Positions 27,459 to 37,763 of a stretch of 64,000 nucleotides of DNA are shown piece by piece (position 1 is the first letter of the stretch; each line of letters opens with the position of its first letter). Origin of the DNA: Nitrososphaeria archaeon. Lineage in GTDB: Archaea > Thermoproteota > Nitrososphaeria > JACIWG01. The translations under genes and the position numbers were made by a program. The notes beneath the pieces are model-generated. The model saw only the letters and a program-made list of their open reading frames with translations, had not been told where the DNA came from and made no database searches. The DNA lies in contig CAVVXT010000019.1 in NCBI GenBank assembly GCA_963752255.1, forward strand, positions 465,686-529,685, given 5' to 3'.

Positions 27459-28619
27459 TTAAAATATCGGCTTAAACATGTCATCTTTTCCGCTCTCTAG
27501 TGCAAAGTATGCAAGATACGGTACGGCTATCCCCGTAATCTGTGTAAGAGTGGTGTTTGGAAGGTAGTCTACTGTGAAACCTAACCCATCAGATGTTAGA
27601 GGAGAAATGTTTGTGAGGTTGTTGTTTTGACTATCGTGCATTATAGTCACGTAGTACGGGAAACTTCCTATCGCTCCAACTTTGTTGCCAACTATGGCAG
27701 TGGCGTTCGAAAACGATGCGCTCCCAAAGTTGGTCAGATTACTCAGCTGATTGCCGAATGTAGGTCTCTCGACAATCCATTCAGCTGAAAGCATACTTGA
27801 TCGATAGAAGACGTTCTGATGAAACGCCTGTGTTGTAGTTGTATCATTCAGGTTTATTAGCCATAGATCCCTTGTTGGATCAACTAAGGTTATTGAAGCG
27901 ACAATCTTATCCCCTGGCGAGACATTGAAATTCATTATGGTCCTTGAATACATTGGTAACAATTCGAACCAAGCGAAATATTGAGCTTGTCCGTTTACAG
28001 AGTCCTGTTCGGTACCACATTGGATCAACGTTCTATCAGTAAAACCGCCGATACCTATCCATAAGGCGCTGTAGTAAGAGAGAGTATTATTCTGTGAAAT
28101 TGACACGCTTGGAACTATCCATGAACCGTTCACACCTGTTATAACGGATTGAGGGTTTTGATAATCTGAGACAACAACATAGCCTGCCCAATCTAAGCTT
28201 AAAACTTCATTTCCAGTAATGTTTGGGGATATTGTAGTTGTAGGCGTTACTGTAGTCGTTATTGTAGTTGTTACCAAAGAAGTTGTAGTAGTTACTGAGG
28301 TGGTTGTAACAGTTGAGGTAGCTGTAGCAGTGGACGTTGTCGGTGTTATAGTAGTTGTTGAAGTAACTGTCGCAGTAGTTGTAGTGAGATATGGTACCGT
28401 AGTTGTCTCAGTTGATGTTGTAGTAGAAGTTGCAGTTACAGTTTTGGCCCCAACTAATCCAATAAACATGACGATGCTAACTCCCGTTATGACAATAATA
28501 ACAGCTACAGCTATTGCGACAAACTTTACCGAAATTGCTCTCAATTTATTTTCCGCCGAAGATTTCAAAAGCCTACTAATAAATATTTTAAAAAGCATAT
28601 TAAAAATATTGAAAAGCAT
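27459..28619 (-). CDS. Peptidase G1 (eqolisin/scytalidoglutamic peptidase) family protein, N-terminal TM anchor + Thr-rich stalk
   Basis: 386 aa; TM (VAIAVAVIIVITGVSIVMFIGLVGA), Thr-rich linker. Catalytic domain has G1 landmarks: SLDWAGYVV (NWAG), SALWIGIGG (WVGIDG), LIQCGTEQ (catalytic Gln context), AEWIVERP (catalytic Glu context). Confidence 0.65.
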   Translation of the reverse strand: MLFNIFNMLFKIFISRLLKSSAENKLRAISVKFVAIAVAVIIVITGVSIVMFIGLVGAKTVTATSTTTSTETTTVPYLTTTTATVTSTTTITPTTSTATATSTVTTTSVTTTTSLVTTTITTTVTPTTTISPNITGNEVLSLDWAGYVVVSDYQNPQSVITGVNGSWIVPSVSISQNNTLSYYSALWIGIGGFTDRTLIQCGTEQDSVNGQAQYFAWFELLPMYSRTIMNFNVSPGDKIVASITLVDPTRDLWLINLNDTTTTQAFHQNVFYRSSMLSAEWIVERPTFGNQLSNLTNFGSASFSNATAIVGNKVGAIGSFPYYVTIMHDSQNNNLTNISPLTSDGLGFTVDYLPNTTLTQITGIAVPYLAYFALESGKDDMFKPIF

Positions 28620-28804
28620 AGAGAAAAGGTTCCCACAGGTCTTCCAACTTCGTTTGACAGATATGAGACACCATTTGCTATCTGAGTAGACTCCAGCCTA
28701 CGGTTTACCATGATTTCGATGATTTCAGTTGAATAGATTTGCTTCTAAACCTAAACAATGGATATATATCGTGAGTATATGATAATTAAGGAAGGCGCAT
28801 CACG

Positions 28805-29923
28805 ATGAACCAGAGAGAAAGAGTACTCACGTTATTGAATGGGGGTATGCCCGATAGGATACCGTTTGCGCATTGTGACAGGCATCTTCCTCGAGGGGAA
28901 AAAGAAAGAAAAGCAAGAAACATGGGCATGGCACTTCTAATCTACAGACCATGCTACAACGAATCCATATCAGATGTCGAGATTACAACAAAAAACGAAC
29001 CCGGCTCAATCGTTACAACATATAGGACACCCATAGGCAGTCTAACTGAAGTGATAAGAGTAGGTGCCGGCTACGGCCAAGCACTGTTTGGCAGGGATTG
29101 GAGGGGAATGCAGCCTATAAGGACACAGTATCTTGTGAAGAAACCTGAGGATTATAAAATTCTCAAGTTTATAATAGAACACACCAAATACGAGCCCTAC
29201 TATTATCCTGTAGAAGATCAGCTTCAAAGGATAGGAGACGACGGCATAGTTATAACGACGATACCCTATGAGCCGATGCAGAGACTTCTCATAACATGGG
29301 TTGGATCAAGATTGTATCTTGACCTCTTAAAAAATAGGGAGGAAGTCGAAGAAGTATGCAACGCTCTTGAACAGAAATATGAGGATGAGCTCTTTCCAAT
29401 ATCCGCGGACTCACCCTCCGAAGTAATAGCTTACGGGGGAAACATAGACAGTGTGCTAGTGAATCCGCAGATGTTTGAGAGATACTATCTGCCAACCTAC
29501 GAGAAGTGTTGGAGGACACTCCATTCTAAGGGTAAACTTTTGAACGTCCACATGGACGGAAAACTTAAAGCGCTTACAGGACTTGTCGCCAAATCCAAAG
29601 TGGATATCGTGGAGGCTGTTACTCCACCGCCGATGGGAGACCTGCCTCTGGACACGGCGTTATCGCTCTGGAAGGATAAGATCATTTGGATAAATTTCCC
29701 TTCAGCGATTTCAACAGCTCTTGGACCAAGACCTTCCAAAGTAAAGGAGTATCTTTTGGAACAGTTAGAGAAGACCATTCCATCGGAAAGGATAATGCTT
29801 ATCGCGTCAACAGAAAATTTTGTCCCCGAGGACAATATTATAGCAATGGCTGAAGTAATGGAGCAGGCTACGCTACCGTTGACGACTGGAACCATAGAAA
29901 GAATACGGGGTAATAGAACGTAG
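28805..29923 (+). CDS. Uroporphyrinogen-decarboxylase (URO-D) family protein (MtaA/CmuA-like fold)
   Basis: 372 aa; N-terminal RERVLTLLNGGMPDRIPFA and overall length typical of URO-D-like enzymes. Confidence 0.5.
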   Translation: MNQRERVLTLLNGGMPDRIPFAHCDRHLPRGEKERKARNMGMALLIYRPCYNESISDVEITTKNEPGSIVTTYRTPIGSLTEVIRVGAGYGQALFGRDWRGMQPIRTQYLVKKPEDYKILKFIIEHTKYEPYYYPVEDQLQRIGDDGIVITTIPYEPMQRLLITWVGSRLYLDLLKNREEVEEVCNALEQKYEDELFPISADSPSEVIAYGGNIDSVLVNPQMFERYYLPTYEKCWRTLHSKGKLLNVHMDGKLKALTGLVAKSKVDIVEAVTPPPMGDLPLDTALSLWKDKIIWINFPSAISTALGPRPSKVKEYLLEQLEKTIPSERIMLIASTENFVPEDNIIAMAEVMEQATLPLTTGTIERIRGNRT

Positions 29924-29951
29924 AGAGGAAATAATTTAGTGCAGTTCTATA

Positions 29952-30929
29952 TCAATATGGTAAAGCTACGCCGATTTTATTCTTCAGTGCTTTATCGTAG
30001 ACCGCTTTAGAAACCGCCAGGTCAACAAGCGCTAGGCCCAAGTTCACTACAGTTATTCGCTCATTTTCATTCTTGCGCCCCTGCTTTACGCCAGCAATAA
30101 GCTCACAGAGTTCACCATCAACCCTTTCAACAGACTGGAAGTGCCCTATTGTCTTGTAGTACTCGAACTGTTTTAAGTCATCGGTGTAAAGCCTATCAGG
30201 TTTGCGGAAGGTGTCTGAATCCCAGTAGCTATCAAATTCGATAGGACAGATGAGCGCACCTCTCTTCACCCAGCTGAGCTTGGCCACAGGATTAGGCTTC
30301 TTCGATATCGGTGTTGCAGTTACTATAATGTCCGAATCTTCCACAACCTCTCTGGGGCCTGCTGCCTTTATGACTTCGACGTTAAAATTTCTCTTAGCAT
30401 ATTCTACATACTGCTCTAGCTTCTCCTCTGAAGAGTCGAATGCTTTAGCATTTTTTATACTCTTGAACTCAGAGCACAAAGCTTCCAGGTGACTTTTTCC
30501 CTGAACGCCACACCCCACTATACCTATTACTTCTGGGTTCTCTCGTGCAAGATACTTCGCAGAAAGTGCGGTTACGGCACCTGTTCTCTTTGCAGTCACC
30601 CATGAGGCGTCCATTATACAGACAGGCAGACCAGTACCTGGGTCATTTAATATAATCAACCCTGATATATACGGGAGATTCTTTGAAGGATTTTGTGGGT
30701 ATCCGGCTATCCACTTTATGCCTGCGGCATCGATCTTCGGTATGTAGGCTGGCATGGCGTGGATGAAGGCATCTTCTATTGGATGAATGCCCGGTTTTGG
30801 CGGCATTTCAACCCTTTCGTGGTATTTTTCCTCGAACACGTCCTTGACAGTTGATATCATCTCTTTGAAATCCAACCCAGCAGCTTGAACATCCCCTTTA
30901 GATAGATAGAGTATTCCCTTTCCGAGCAT
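29952..30929 (-). CDS. Ornithine cyclodeaminase/mu-crystallin family protein (OCD/archaeal AlaDH-like)
   Basis: 325 aa; Rossmann GIVGCGVQGKSHLEAL, family-typical N-terminal segment. Confidence 0.6.
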   Translation of the reverse strand: MLGKGILYLSKGDVQAAGLDFKEMISTVKDVFEEKYHERVEMPPKPGIHPIEDAFIHAMPAYIPKIDAAGIKWIAGYPQNPSKNLPYISGLIILNDPGTGLPVCIMDASWVTAKRTGAVTALSAKYLARENPEVIGIVGCGVQGKSHLEALCSEFKSIKNAKAFDSSEEKLEQYVEYAKRNFNVEVIKAAGPREVVEDSDIIVTATPISKKPNPVAKLSWVKRGALICPIEFDSYWDSDTFRKPDRLYTDDLKQFEYYKTIGHFQSVERVDGELCELIAGVKQGRKNENERITVVNLGLALVDLAVSKAVYDKALKNKIGVALPY

Positions 30930-31025
30930 TGCAGAAACTTTCAGATGAGTTGACTTAAGCTTTTCTAAAGCAATTTACTATAGAATGAAGACTACGTGAA
31001 AAATGCAAGACGATGGCAGGTTTAT

Positions 31026-32048
31026 TCAGACGCACAGCTTGAACTTTTTCGTGGCAAGTTCTACAGCCAACTTTATTGCCTCTAGGGTTGCTGTTTCATT
31101 GCCTGTGCCCTTTCCAGCTTTACCCCAGACCGTACCGTGGTCTGGTGAAGTTCTTATTATAGGCAGACCAAGGCTAAGGTTAACCCCTTCCATGAAACCG
31201 ACCATCTTCATCGCTATATGCCCTTGGTCGTGGTACATCGCTATTACAACATCGAATTGCTTGACGAAATATGCACGATAGAAGATCGTGTCAGGAGGGT
31301 ATGGCCCTGTAACGTTTATGCCTTTGGCGGCTGCTTCTTTGATTGCGGGAGAGATCTCGTTTATTTCTTCGTCGCCGAAAAGACCGTTTTCCCCTGCGTG
31401 CGGATTTAAACCGGCGACAGCTATCCTTGCTTGAGGAGTCCCAAATAATTCAACTAAACTTCGCTGCGTCAACTCTAGAGTTTTCAGCACCCTCTCCTTC
31501 TTTATAAGATCTATAGCTTCGCGCATAGAAACATGTGTGGTTACATGAACTACTTTGAACGGCCCAGCAACCAGCATCATCTTAACATCTTTAGCACCCG
31601 TCAGGTCTGCCAAGAGCTCGGTGTGTCCAGGATAATTGTACCCAGCCGAGTTCAAGCTATCCTTGCTTATTGGAGCGGTAACCACCGCATGCACATCATT
31701 TGAGAGTGCATAGCGCACTGCCTGAACTATAGCATCGTAGGCCGACTTTCCTCCCAGTGAGGAGGATTTTCCGTAGACAAGTGCTGCCATGTCAACGTCA
31801 TTAAGGTCGATGACGTTAACGGTCTGGGGTGCGTCTAAAGCTTCCGAGGGAGAAGATATCTTAACGAATTTCAGTTCCTTTGCTCCGATGGTCTCCGAAG
31901 CCTTTCTGAACACCTGGAGATCGCCTACTAGAACGTATCTGGCGTTTTGTGGAAGACTCTTGTTTTTCAAAGCCTTTAAGGTTATTTCAGGTCCGGATCC
32001 TGCTGGGTCACCCATAGTTATTGCTATTAAGGGCTTGCTCGAATCCAA
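31026..32048 (-). CDS. pdxA2: PdxA-family 4-hydroxythreonine-4-phosphate dehydrogenase-like (PdxA2-type)
   Basis: 340 aa; ITMGDPAGSGPEI, YPGHTELLA, GLNPHAGE motifs. Confidence 0.8.
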   Translation of the reverse strand: MDSSKPLIAITMGDPAGSGPEITLKALKNKSLPQNARYVLVGDLQVFRKASETIGAKELKFVKISSPSEALDAPQTVNVIDLNDVDMAALVYGKSSSLGGKSAYDAIVQAVRYALSNDVHAVVTAPISKDSLNSAGYNYPGHTELLADLTGAKDVKMMLVAGPFKVVHVTTHVSMREAIDLIKKERVLKTLELTQRSLVELFGTPQARIAVAGLNPHAGENGLFGDEEINEISPAIKEAAAKGINVTGPYPPDTIFYRAYFVKQFDVVIAMYHDQGHIAMKMVGFMEGVNLSLGLPIIRTSPDHGTVWGKAGKGTGNETATLEAIKLAVELATKKFKLCV

Positions 32049-33320
32049 CTACATTCGCCTCATAACCTTCAACCTCGCCGCTATTTTAATAAGGGTTCCC
32101 TTGTTCCCGAAGCCGCCTGCTTTAGTTACAATATATTTTCCATTGTAGTTGAGAACCGGAAGACCGGGCTCGATTTCTCCCTTCAATTCCAACGCGTCAA
32201 TGTTCAAGCTGCGTATTACTGATACAGCGACGTCACCTCCTGTGATAAAAAGACCGCAAAATTGGCTCCATCCGAAACCTATAATGATAGCTGAAACAAG
32301 ATTGCCGAATTTTTCAGCCAAAACAAGCCCAAAGTCAGACATGCTAACGCCCAATTTTTTTGCCATAGCTTCACCCTCAGAAATCTGAGAGGGACTGTAG
32401 GATATTGTTACAACTATATCAGATAAGGAAGCTAATGCATCCGCCACTTCCTTCTTAACCCTCCTGCATTCGGATTCAAAATCGTTAACCAAGACGTCTA
32501 TCTTTACAAGCACAAGCTTTGATGGAAACTCTTGAGTAAAGGTCTTGACCTGATCTTTGGCCAGATCATTAGGGGAGCCGACTGCCATCAGCACAGGCTT
32601 TCCCTTACGATTTCCTATGATAACGTTGTAGGCAATACTTTCAGCTAATCCAGCTGAACCCACCCATATTATGTTCCCTTTATCTGATTCATATACCTCT
32701 TGAACTATGATCTTCAAGTCTTCATCGTTTTCAGCATCGGAAGAAATCACTCTACTGCTAGATATGAGTTCTCTGATTCTTCCGCTTCTCAATTCCTTTA
32801 ACGATATATGGTGGTAGACTTCTTTGAATGCAACATTAAAGTAATCAGGGATACTAGAAGATTTGACAGGCGTCCTAATGTCTTTACCAAAATAGGTTTG
32901 GTTAACAGGAATGCCTTTAACCATGAGAATACCATTTCTAATGATACGCTCCTGTTTAGGAAAAGCAGGCGCAAAAACTACGAGATCAGGTTCGAGGGCA
33001 TCGTATAGCCCCCTTATTTCTGGAACTATGTTTCCCCTCATAGTTGAGTCGATCTTCTTATAGACGAGTGTGTTGCCGAAACCTTTTCTTATTCTAATTC
33101 CCAATGATTGCAGCTTATCTTTAGCTTTTTGGACGTCGAGAGCTCTACTTTCGGTATCAACTGCAACGACATCATATTTCTTCATCAGAATCGGAACGGT
33201 ATCAATATCCAACGTTGTTATTGTCGAAAAGCCGAGCTTGGCAAACTGAGCGGTTGTATCATTAGCGCCAGTAAAATCATCAGCGACTATTAGGACTGAT
33301 CTGAATATCTTTAAAGTCAT
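32049..33320 (-). CDS. otnK: Four-carbon acid sugar kinase (OtnK/YgbK family, DUF1537+DUF1357)
   Basis: 423 aa; N-terminal VLIVADDFTGANDT; directly abuts pdxA2 (conserved pdxA2-otnK pairing). Confidence 0.75.
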   Translation of the reverse strand: MTLKIFRSVLIVADDFTGANDTTAQFAKLGFSTITTLDIDTVPILMKKYDVVAVDTESRALDVQKAKDKLQSLGIRIRKGFGNTLVYKKIDSTMRGNIVPEIRGLYDALEPDLVVFAPAFPKQERIIRNGILMVKGIPVNQTYFGKDIRTPVKSSSIPDYFNVAFKEVYHHISLKELRSGRIRELISSSRVISSDAENDEDLKIIVQEVYESDKGNIIWVGSAGLAESIAYNVIIGNRKGKPVLMAVGSPNDLAKDQVKTFTQEFPSKLVLVKIDVLVNDFESECRRVKKEVADALASLSDIVVTISYSPSQISEGEAMAKKLGVSMSDFGLVLAEKFGNLVSAIIIGFGWSQFCGLFITGGDVAVSVIRSLNIDALELKGEIEPGLPVLNYNGKYIVTKAGGFGNKGTLIKIAARLKVMRRM

Positions 33321-33734
33321 ATGTTACACCATTATTACAGCTTTCCATGCTCTAAACAGGAATAAATAAATTTAACGTGAACAGTTATCAAACCTGTCAA
33401 GACCAATTATGATTAACGGCCCACGAACTACCCTAAAAAGAATAGAAACTAAAGACTATAGGGAAACTATGTTACATCTTATTAGATTCTTCTCCACATA
33501 TAATGTAGATAAGATTTTCATCTAAAGGCGCAACGATATCTGTTTACAATGATGTAAAAGTAATTTACAAGGATTACGAAGTCTGACTTAATATATAACA
33601 CAAACAATATTGATTTGGTAATCCAAGTTACGATGGTTAAATTTATGATTTAACTCAAAAAAAAACTTTAGCCAATATTTTTAAAAGGGTTATGGTCGGA
33701 AAGCAAAGGATATATTGACTAATTAATCTTTAAC

Positions 33735-34427
33735 TTAACTGTTTGAGCGAGTTCCATTTGAATTGTCAGTTGATGAAGACATCCAAGGAGTCCTCTTTTT
33801 GAATAAGTTTCTTTTGTAGAAGATAATTTTAACAATACTATAGGAAGGAATCACTGACACCAAAGTTTGAATAATGTTGAATACAGCAGTAAAGACCATA
33901 ATCACTATCAAAGCGTCCATATTGCTTTGGAACTGTAACCCTAGTGTAGCGCCTAAGCTTTTGACTGCCAAAACAAAGAAACTTGGCATTAATATCCAGA
34001 TTATAACGTAATTCAATACTGACATCAGAATTATGCGAATCAAAGCGCCAAAAGTCAGTATTAAGCCAATTCCAAAGATTCCAGAAGATTTTAAGCCGAT
34101 TTTTTTTGCTATATATAGCCCGATCCATGCACCTATAATGAGGCCCATTACGGCCAAAAATGCCATAAAAGGACCTATTGGTTGAAATGTTCCAACAAAA
34201 TTGAGTATTAACCAATAAGCGAAAGCCGAGATCACACCAGCTATTGGACCATAAATAAGTGCCCCTATCATAATTGGCAGCTCAGCAATTTGAAATTGTA
34301 GATAAGGAAGAAACATAAAGTTAAGAGTTGGAAGAAAGGTTAGTATAGCCGATAATGCAGCAAAAATGGCTGACGCAGATAAAGTTTGAACATCAATCCT
34401 GGTTACACGGTTAGGGTGTTCTTTCAC
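33735..34427 (-). CDS. ECF-transporter S-component-like integral membrane protein
   Basis: 230 aa; ~6 TM helices, size and topology consistent with ECF substrate-capture subunits; no adjacent EcfA/T. Confidence 0.4.
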   Translation of the reverse strand: MKEHPNRVTRIDVQTLSASAIFAALSAILTFLPTLNFMFLPYLQFQIAELPIMIGALIYGPIAGVISAFAYWLILNFVGTFQPIGPFMAFLAVMGLIIGAWIGLYIAKKIGLKSSGIFGIGLILTFGALIRIILMSVLNYVIIWILMPSFFVLAVKSLGATLGLQFQSNMDALIVIMVFTAVFNIIQTLVSVIPSYSIVKIIFYKRNLFKKRTPWMSSSTDNSNGTRSNS

Positions 34428-34885
34428 GTATCATGTCATTATTTTAGAGTTTATATAATTTTTGTAATTACTAAATTTATGGTATAATTCTAATCACAAT
34501 TTAACGTATAGTCTAGCCCAAGAAGCAAATGCACTTTAACTCTTAGTTAAGTTGAATCAAAAATATGTTAAGGGGCTGCCCGTCATATTTGATTAAGAGA
34601 GGTTGTAAAGTGTGGGGAAGAATTTGTTAGGATTTCTCTGGATAAATGGCCTATTTTCTAAATGGCTGCACAGTTTTGAGGAATGCTCCAATAATTATCA
34701 TTGTGACGAAACAATTTTCCAGTTTGCCGGTTGAGAAGGCTAGTCGATAGCAAGGTGCCAGTTTAAGATTCACCTCATATGCTAGGCTTCCACTTTTTTC
34801 ATCGTTATGACATAGTTCTAAGCATTTTAAATGCATATTACCCTGAGAATCCCCTATAAACTTAAATAATGCTCAATATGAGTCA

Positions 34886-35104
34886 TTGAATATGACAAGA
34901 TGGGAGAACGACTCCGTTCAAGAGAGCAGAGAATATATGCATGGAGTTCGTGAACTCTCATTTCTCAGATTCAATTATGCAATAGGATGGCAAGGAGTTA
35001 GATGGAATACGAAATACAACTATCAGCGTGATCACATAAACATGAATCCTACCCACACTTCACTTTCTAGTAGCCTTCTGCAATATGGAGTTGATATTAA
35101 ATGA
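34886..35104 (+). CDS. Hypothetical small protein (72 aa), translationally coupled to the RHH gene (ATGA overlap)
   Basis: ORF track; stop overlaps start of 35101..35664. Confidence 0.3.
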   Translation: MNMTRWENDSVQESREYMHGVRELSFLRFNYAIGWQGVRWNTKYNYQRDHINMNPTHTSLSSSLLQYGVDIK

Positions 35105-35664
35105 CTATTCCTATTAGAGTAACATGTGCACTTGATGAAGACACAGCTAGACTACTTGAAGAGATGAAAGACGAACTTAAAATCTCCCAAAGCGAACTAG
35201 TGAGAAAAGCGATCAGGTTCTTAAAAGAGTACAGAGAAATGGCAGGGGATAAGACACTCAAAAAACTGGGCATTTACCTAGATATGCTTTCCAGCGGGGA
35301 ACATGTAATTCTTGATATGGACCACTGGCTGCTCTTTCTTAAACTGATCGAAACTTCCTCTCAAAAGGACGTTTTCTGGCAAAATAATGAGGAAATCGCG
35401 AAATCCCACGCAGAACAGTTTACTGCAAAAGGGAACTCCTTGGAAAACGTCCTCGAGCGTTTAGAGGCTTGCAATTTCTTCAAGGTAATTAAACTCTCGG
35501 ATAGGGAGTTCACCCTCGTTCTGCTGTCGGAATCTTCGAAAGAGTTCGTCAAGAGGTTCTTGCTGACACTCTTGAACTCAATGGGTTTTGATGTTAGGAT
35601 CAGAGAAGACTTCGCTAAGCTTCGCGTGAGCGTAACAAGTAGGGGGCCGTGGAGAGTAAAATAA
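35101..35664 (+). CDS. Ribbon-helix-helix (CopG/Arc/MetJ-like) DNA-binding protein with ~140-aa C-terminal domain
   Basis: 187 aa; N-terminus IRVTCALDEDTARLLEEMKDELKISQSELVRKAIRFL = beta-strand/helix/helix RHH pattern. Confidence 0.55.
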   Translation: MTIPIRVTCALDEDTARLLEEMKDELKISQSELVRKAIRFLKEYREMAGDKTLKKLGIYLDMLSSGEHVILDMDHWLLFLKLIETSSQKDVFWQNNEEIAKSHAEQFTAKGNSLENVLERLEACNFFKVIKLSDREFTLVLLSESSKEFVKRFLLTLLNSMGFDVRIREDFAKLRVSVTSRGPWRVK

Positions 35665-35873
35665 CCTTCATTTGGAATGACATTGGAAGAACTCATTTAC
35701 TGGTTTTAGAAGTAATAATTGAGAAGACAGAAGGAGAAAGACTAAGGAAAGGTGCGTTTAAGCAATGTTATGGATATGCTCATTTCCTTAACGCTGACTA
35801 TTTTGCTATCTGCAATTCTCGAACTCTAAGCCTATTTAGAAATCCTAGAGACAAACGTTTGGTTCTTTATTAA
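35649..35873 (+). CDS. Hypothetical small protein (74 aa) overlapping RHH gene end by 16 nt
   Basis: ORF track only; no recognisable motif. Confidence 0.25.
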   Translation: MESKITFIWNDIGRTHLLVLEVIIEKTEGERLRKGAFKQCYGYAHFLNADYFAICNSRTLSLFRNPRDKRLVLY

Positions 35874-36020
35874 GTAATAAGAAGCATAAATTGGCTAGTA
35901 AACAACTTACCTTCTTTCTAAAGAATTGCGTGATGTATTCGAATCTAGGCCTTGTTGAGTCTACACCAAAAAAGAAACGCATTGTAATGATGTTCTCGAA
36001 CAAAAGAAGAAAGAGGATGT

Positions 36021-37595
36021 TTATCGAAGACTATCGAAATCCCCTTGATCTTTTCTTGTTGTGTATCTCGTTTTCTTGTTGTTTGTTGGCTCCATGCCTG
36101 GGAATGGGAACAATGAGGAGGACTGTGTTCTCGAGTTTGCCCGGAAGTATACCAAGCCTAGAAGTAACCAAATTACTGTGCCAGCCAGTGCAAATAATGC
36201 TTCCCAAGCTGAGTCTCCACCGCCGAGCAAACCGAGCCAAACGACAACTCCAAGCATCAGGACGTTTGCGCTAAGGCCAAGAAGGGGAACTATCCGGCGT
36301 TTTAGGATTGAACTGCGCTCTTTAGCAAAGGCAAGCATCGCCACGATGTTCGTCAACCCGTAGAGTATGAAAGTGCCAACGTTTGAAAGCAAACAAATCG
36401 CTGTTAAATTTGTGACGGAAAGGACACCGAAGGCACCGATAATCGCTGAAATCAGAGTCATCACCCAGATCCCTATTCCTGGAGTGGCGTACTGTGGATT
36501 AATCTTGCTTAGCTGCTGAGGGACTTCTGTGTCGCTGCTAATGGCATAGGTAACTCGCACGCCTGTGTTCATGCAAGCGAGAGTGGTACCGAGAATTGCC
36601 GCAAGAACGACTACTGCGACTATCATCATGAGAATGAAACCGTTTCCGCCAAGGAATACGTTTCCAAGATTGCGGACCATGTCTCCATAAGGAGCACTTG
36701 ATGCTGCAGCCGCCGCTAACCCATCTTTAGGAATCCATGCTAGGAATCCGAAGTATGCGAGTAGGTATACAAAGGCTCCTTGTATTGCGAGAGAGAGAAC
36801 TACTGCTCTTGGAACATCCTTAGGTTTTTTTGCTTCTGCTGTCAAGGCTGTGGCTGTTTCGAATCCTACCAAGACAAGTATGGCGATAGTTGCTTGAAAC
36901 AATACGTGGCTAGCGTTGTGAGGAATAACTATGCTGCCGATGTTGGAGAACTCGAAGCTTAAATTGGGGTTAAGGAAGCGATATGCTAATGCCATTATTG
37001 TAACCCCTACTACCATAGTGAGCTGGACAATGTTGAGAAGTAGGTTTGTCTTCGTTGATCCCTGTATTCCGCGGTAGGCTATGTAACCGGTTACGGTTGC
37101 AAACGCAAATGCAATCGCTATCTGGGCGAATGGAGAAACGGCTAAACCTAGTGTCTGTAAGACCCATGACAATAGGACAGCCATGAATGCCACCATCACG
37201 CCTGGGTAAACCCAGTAATAGAGGTGAGAAAGCCAGCCGACCGCGAATTTGGCGTTGCGCGCTGAACGGTTGCTGCTGCCTCGATCAAGCCAGGCTCTTT
37301 GAGCAAAATAATATGAACTTCCTGCGCCGGATTCTGGATAACGTTTGGCCAGCCAAGCATACGAGGCAGCGGTTAGAAATGATAGGATTAAAGCTACTAA
37401 GAGCCCGAACCATATGTCGGACGCTGTTGGGAATCCAGCAGGGTCTTTCTGAGCTGCTTGAACCTGAATGGTGATCCACAAGAACGCGCCTGGAGCTATT
37501 AAAGCCATGGCATTAATCGTTAAGCCTGCAAGGCTCAGAGTCTTCCTCATCTTAGGGGGCTGCTGGTTTTGAATACTTGTCGTGTCACTTGCCAT
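36021..37595 (-). CDS. APC-superfamily amino acid permease
   Basis: 524 aa; 12+ TM helices, N-terminal region typical of amino-acid/polyamine transporters. Confidence 0.75.
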   Translation of the reverse strand: MASDTTSIQNQQPPKMRKTLSLAGLTINAMALIAPGAFLWITIQVQAAQKDPAGFPTASDIWFGLLVALILSFLTAASYAWLAKRYPESGAGSSYYFAQRAWLDRGSSNRSARNAKFAVGWLSHLYYWVYPGVMVAFMAVLLSWVLQTLGLAVSPFAQIAIAFAFATVTGYIAYRGIQGSTKTNLLLNIVQLTMVVGVTIMALAYRFLNPNLSFEFSNIGSIVIPHNASHVLFQATIAILVLVGFETATALTAEAKKPKDVPRAVVLSLAIQGAFVYLLAYFGFLAWIPKDGLAAAAASSAPYGDMVRNLGNVFLGGNGFILMMIVAVVVLAAILGTTLACMNTGVRVTYAISSDTEVPQQLSKINPQYATPGIGIWVMTLISAIIGAFGVLSVTNLTAICLLSNVGTFILYGLTNIVAMLAFAKERSSILKRRIVPLLGLSANVLMLGVVVWLGLLGGGDSAWEALFALAGTVIWLLLGLVYFRANSRTQSSSLFPFPGMEPTNNKKTRYTTRKDQGDFDSLR

Positions 37596-37763
37596 CTTTT
37601 TTAGCCTCTAAAATTTCCTCTTGAAAGAAAGCGCAGGGTATTCTTCCTGTTCATCTCGCAGCTAGCGCCTCGTCTGTCGTTATCTTTTCCAATGGGAAAA
37701 TTACAATTCCTTCCATTATGATGCTCACCAATTCAATAGTAAAAAATAAAAAATGTCGAGTGT

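Noticed and set aside
26451-28689. Val/Thr-repeat ORFs on + strand and repetitive nucleotide texture (possible CRISPR/tandem repeat)
   Set aside because: Repeats are the reverse-strand image of Thr/Ser codon runs in the surface-protein genes; no regular repeat-spacer structure.
35891-36363. ORFs 35891..36274(+) and 36061..36363(+) overlapping the APC permease
   Set aside because: Antisense to a 12-TM transporter gene; no motifs.
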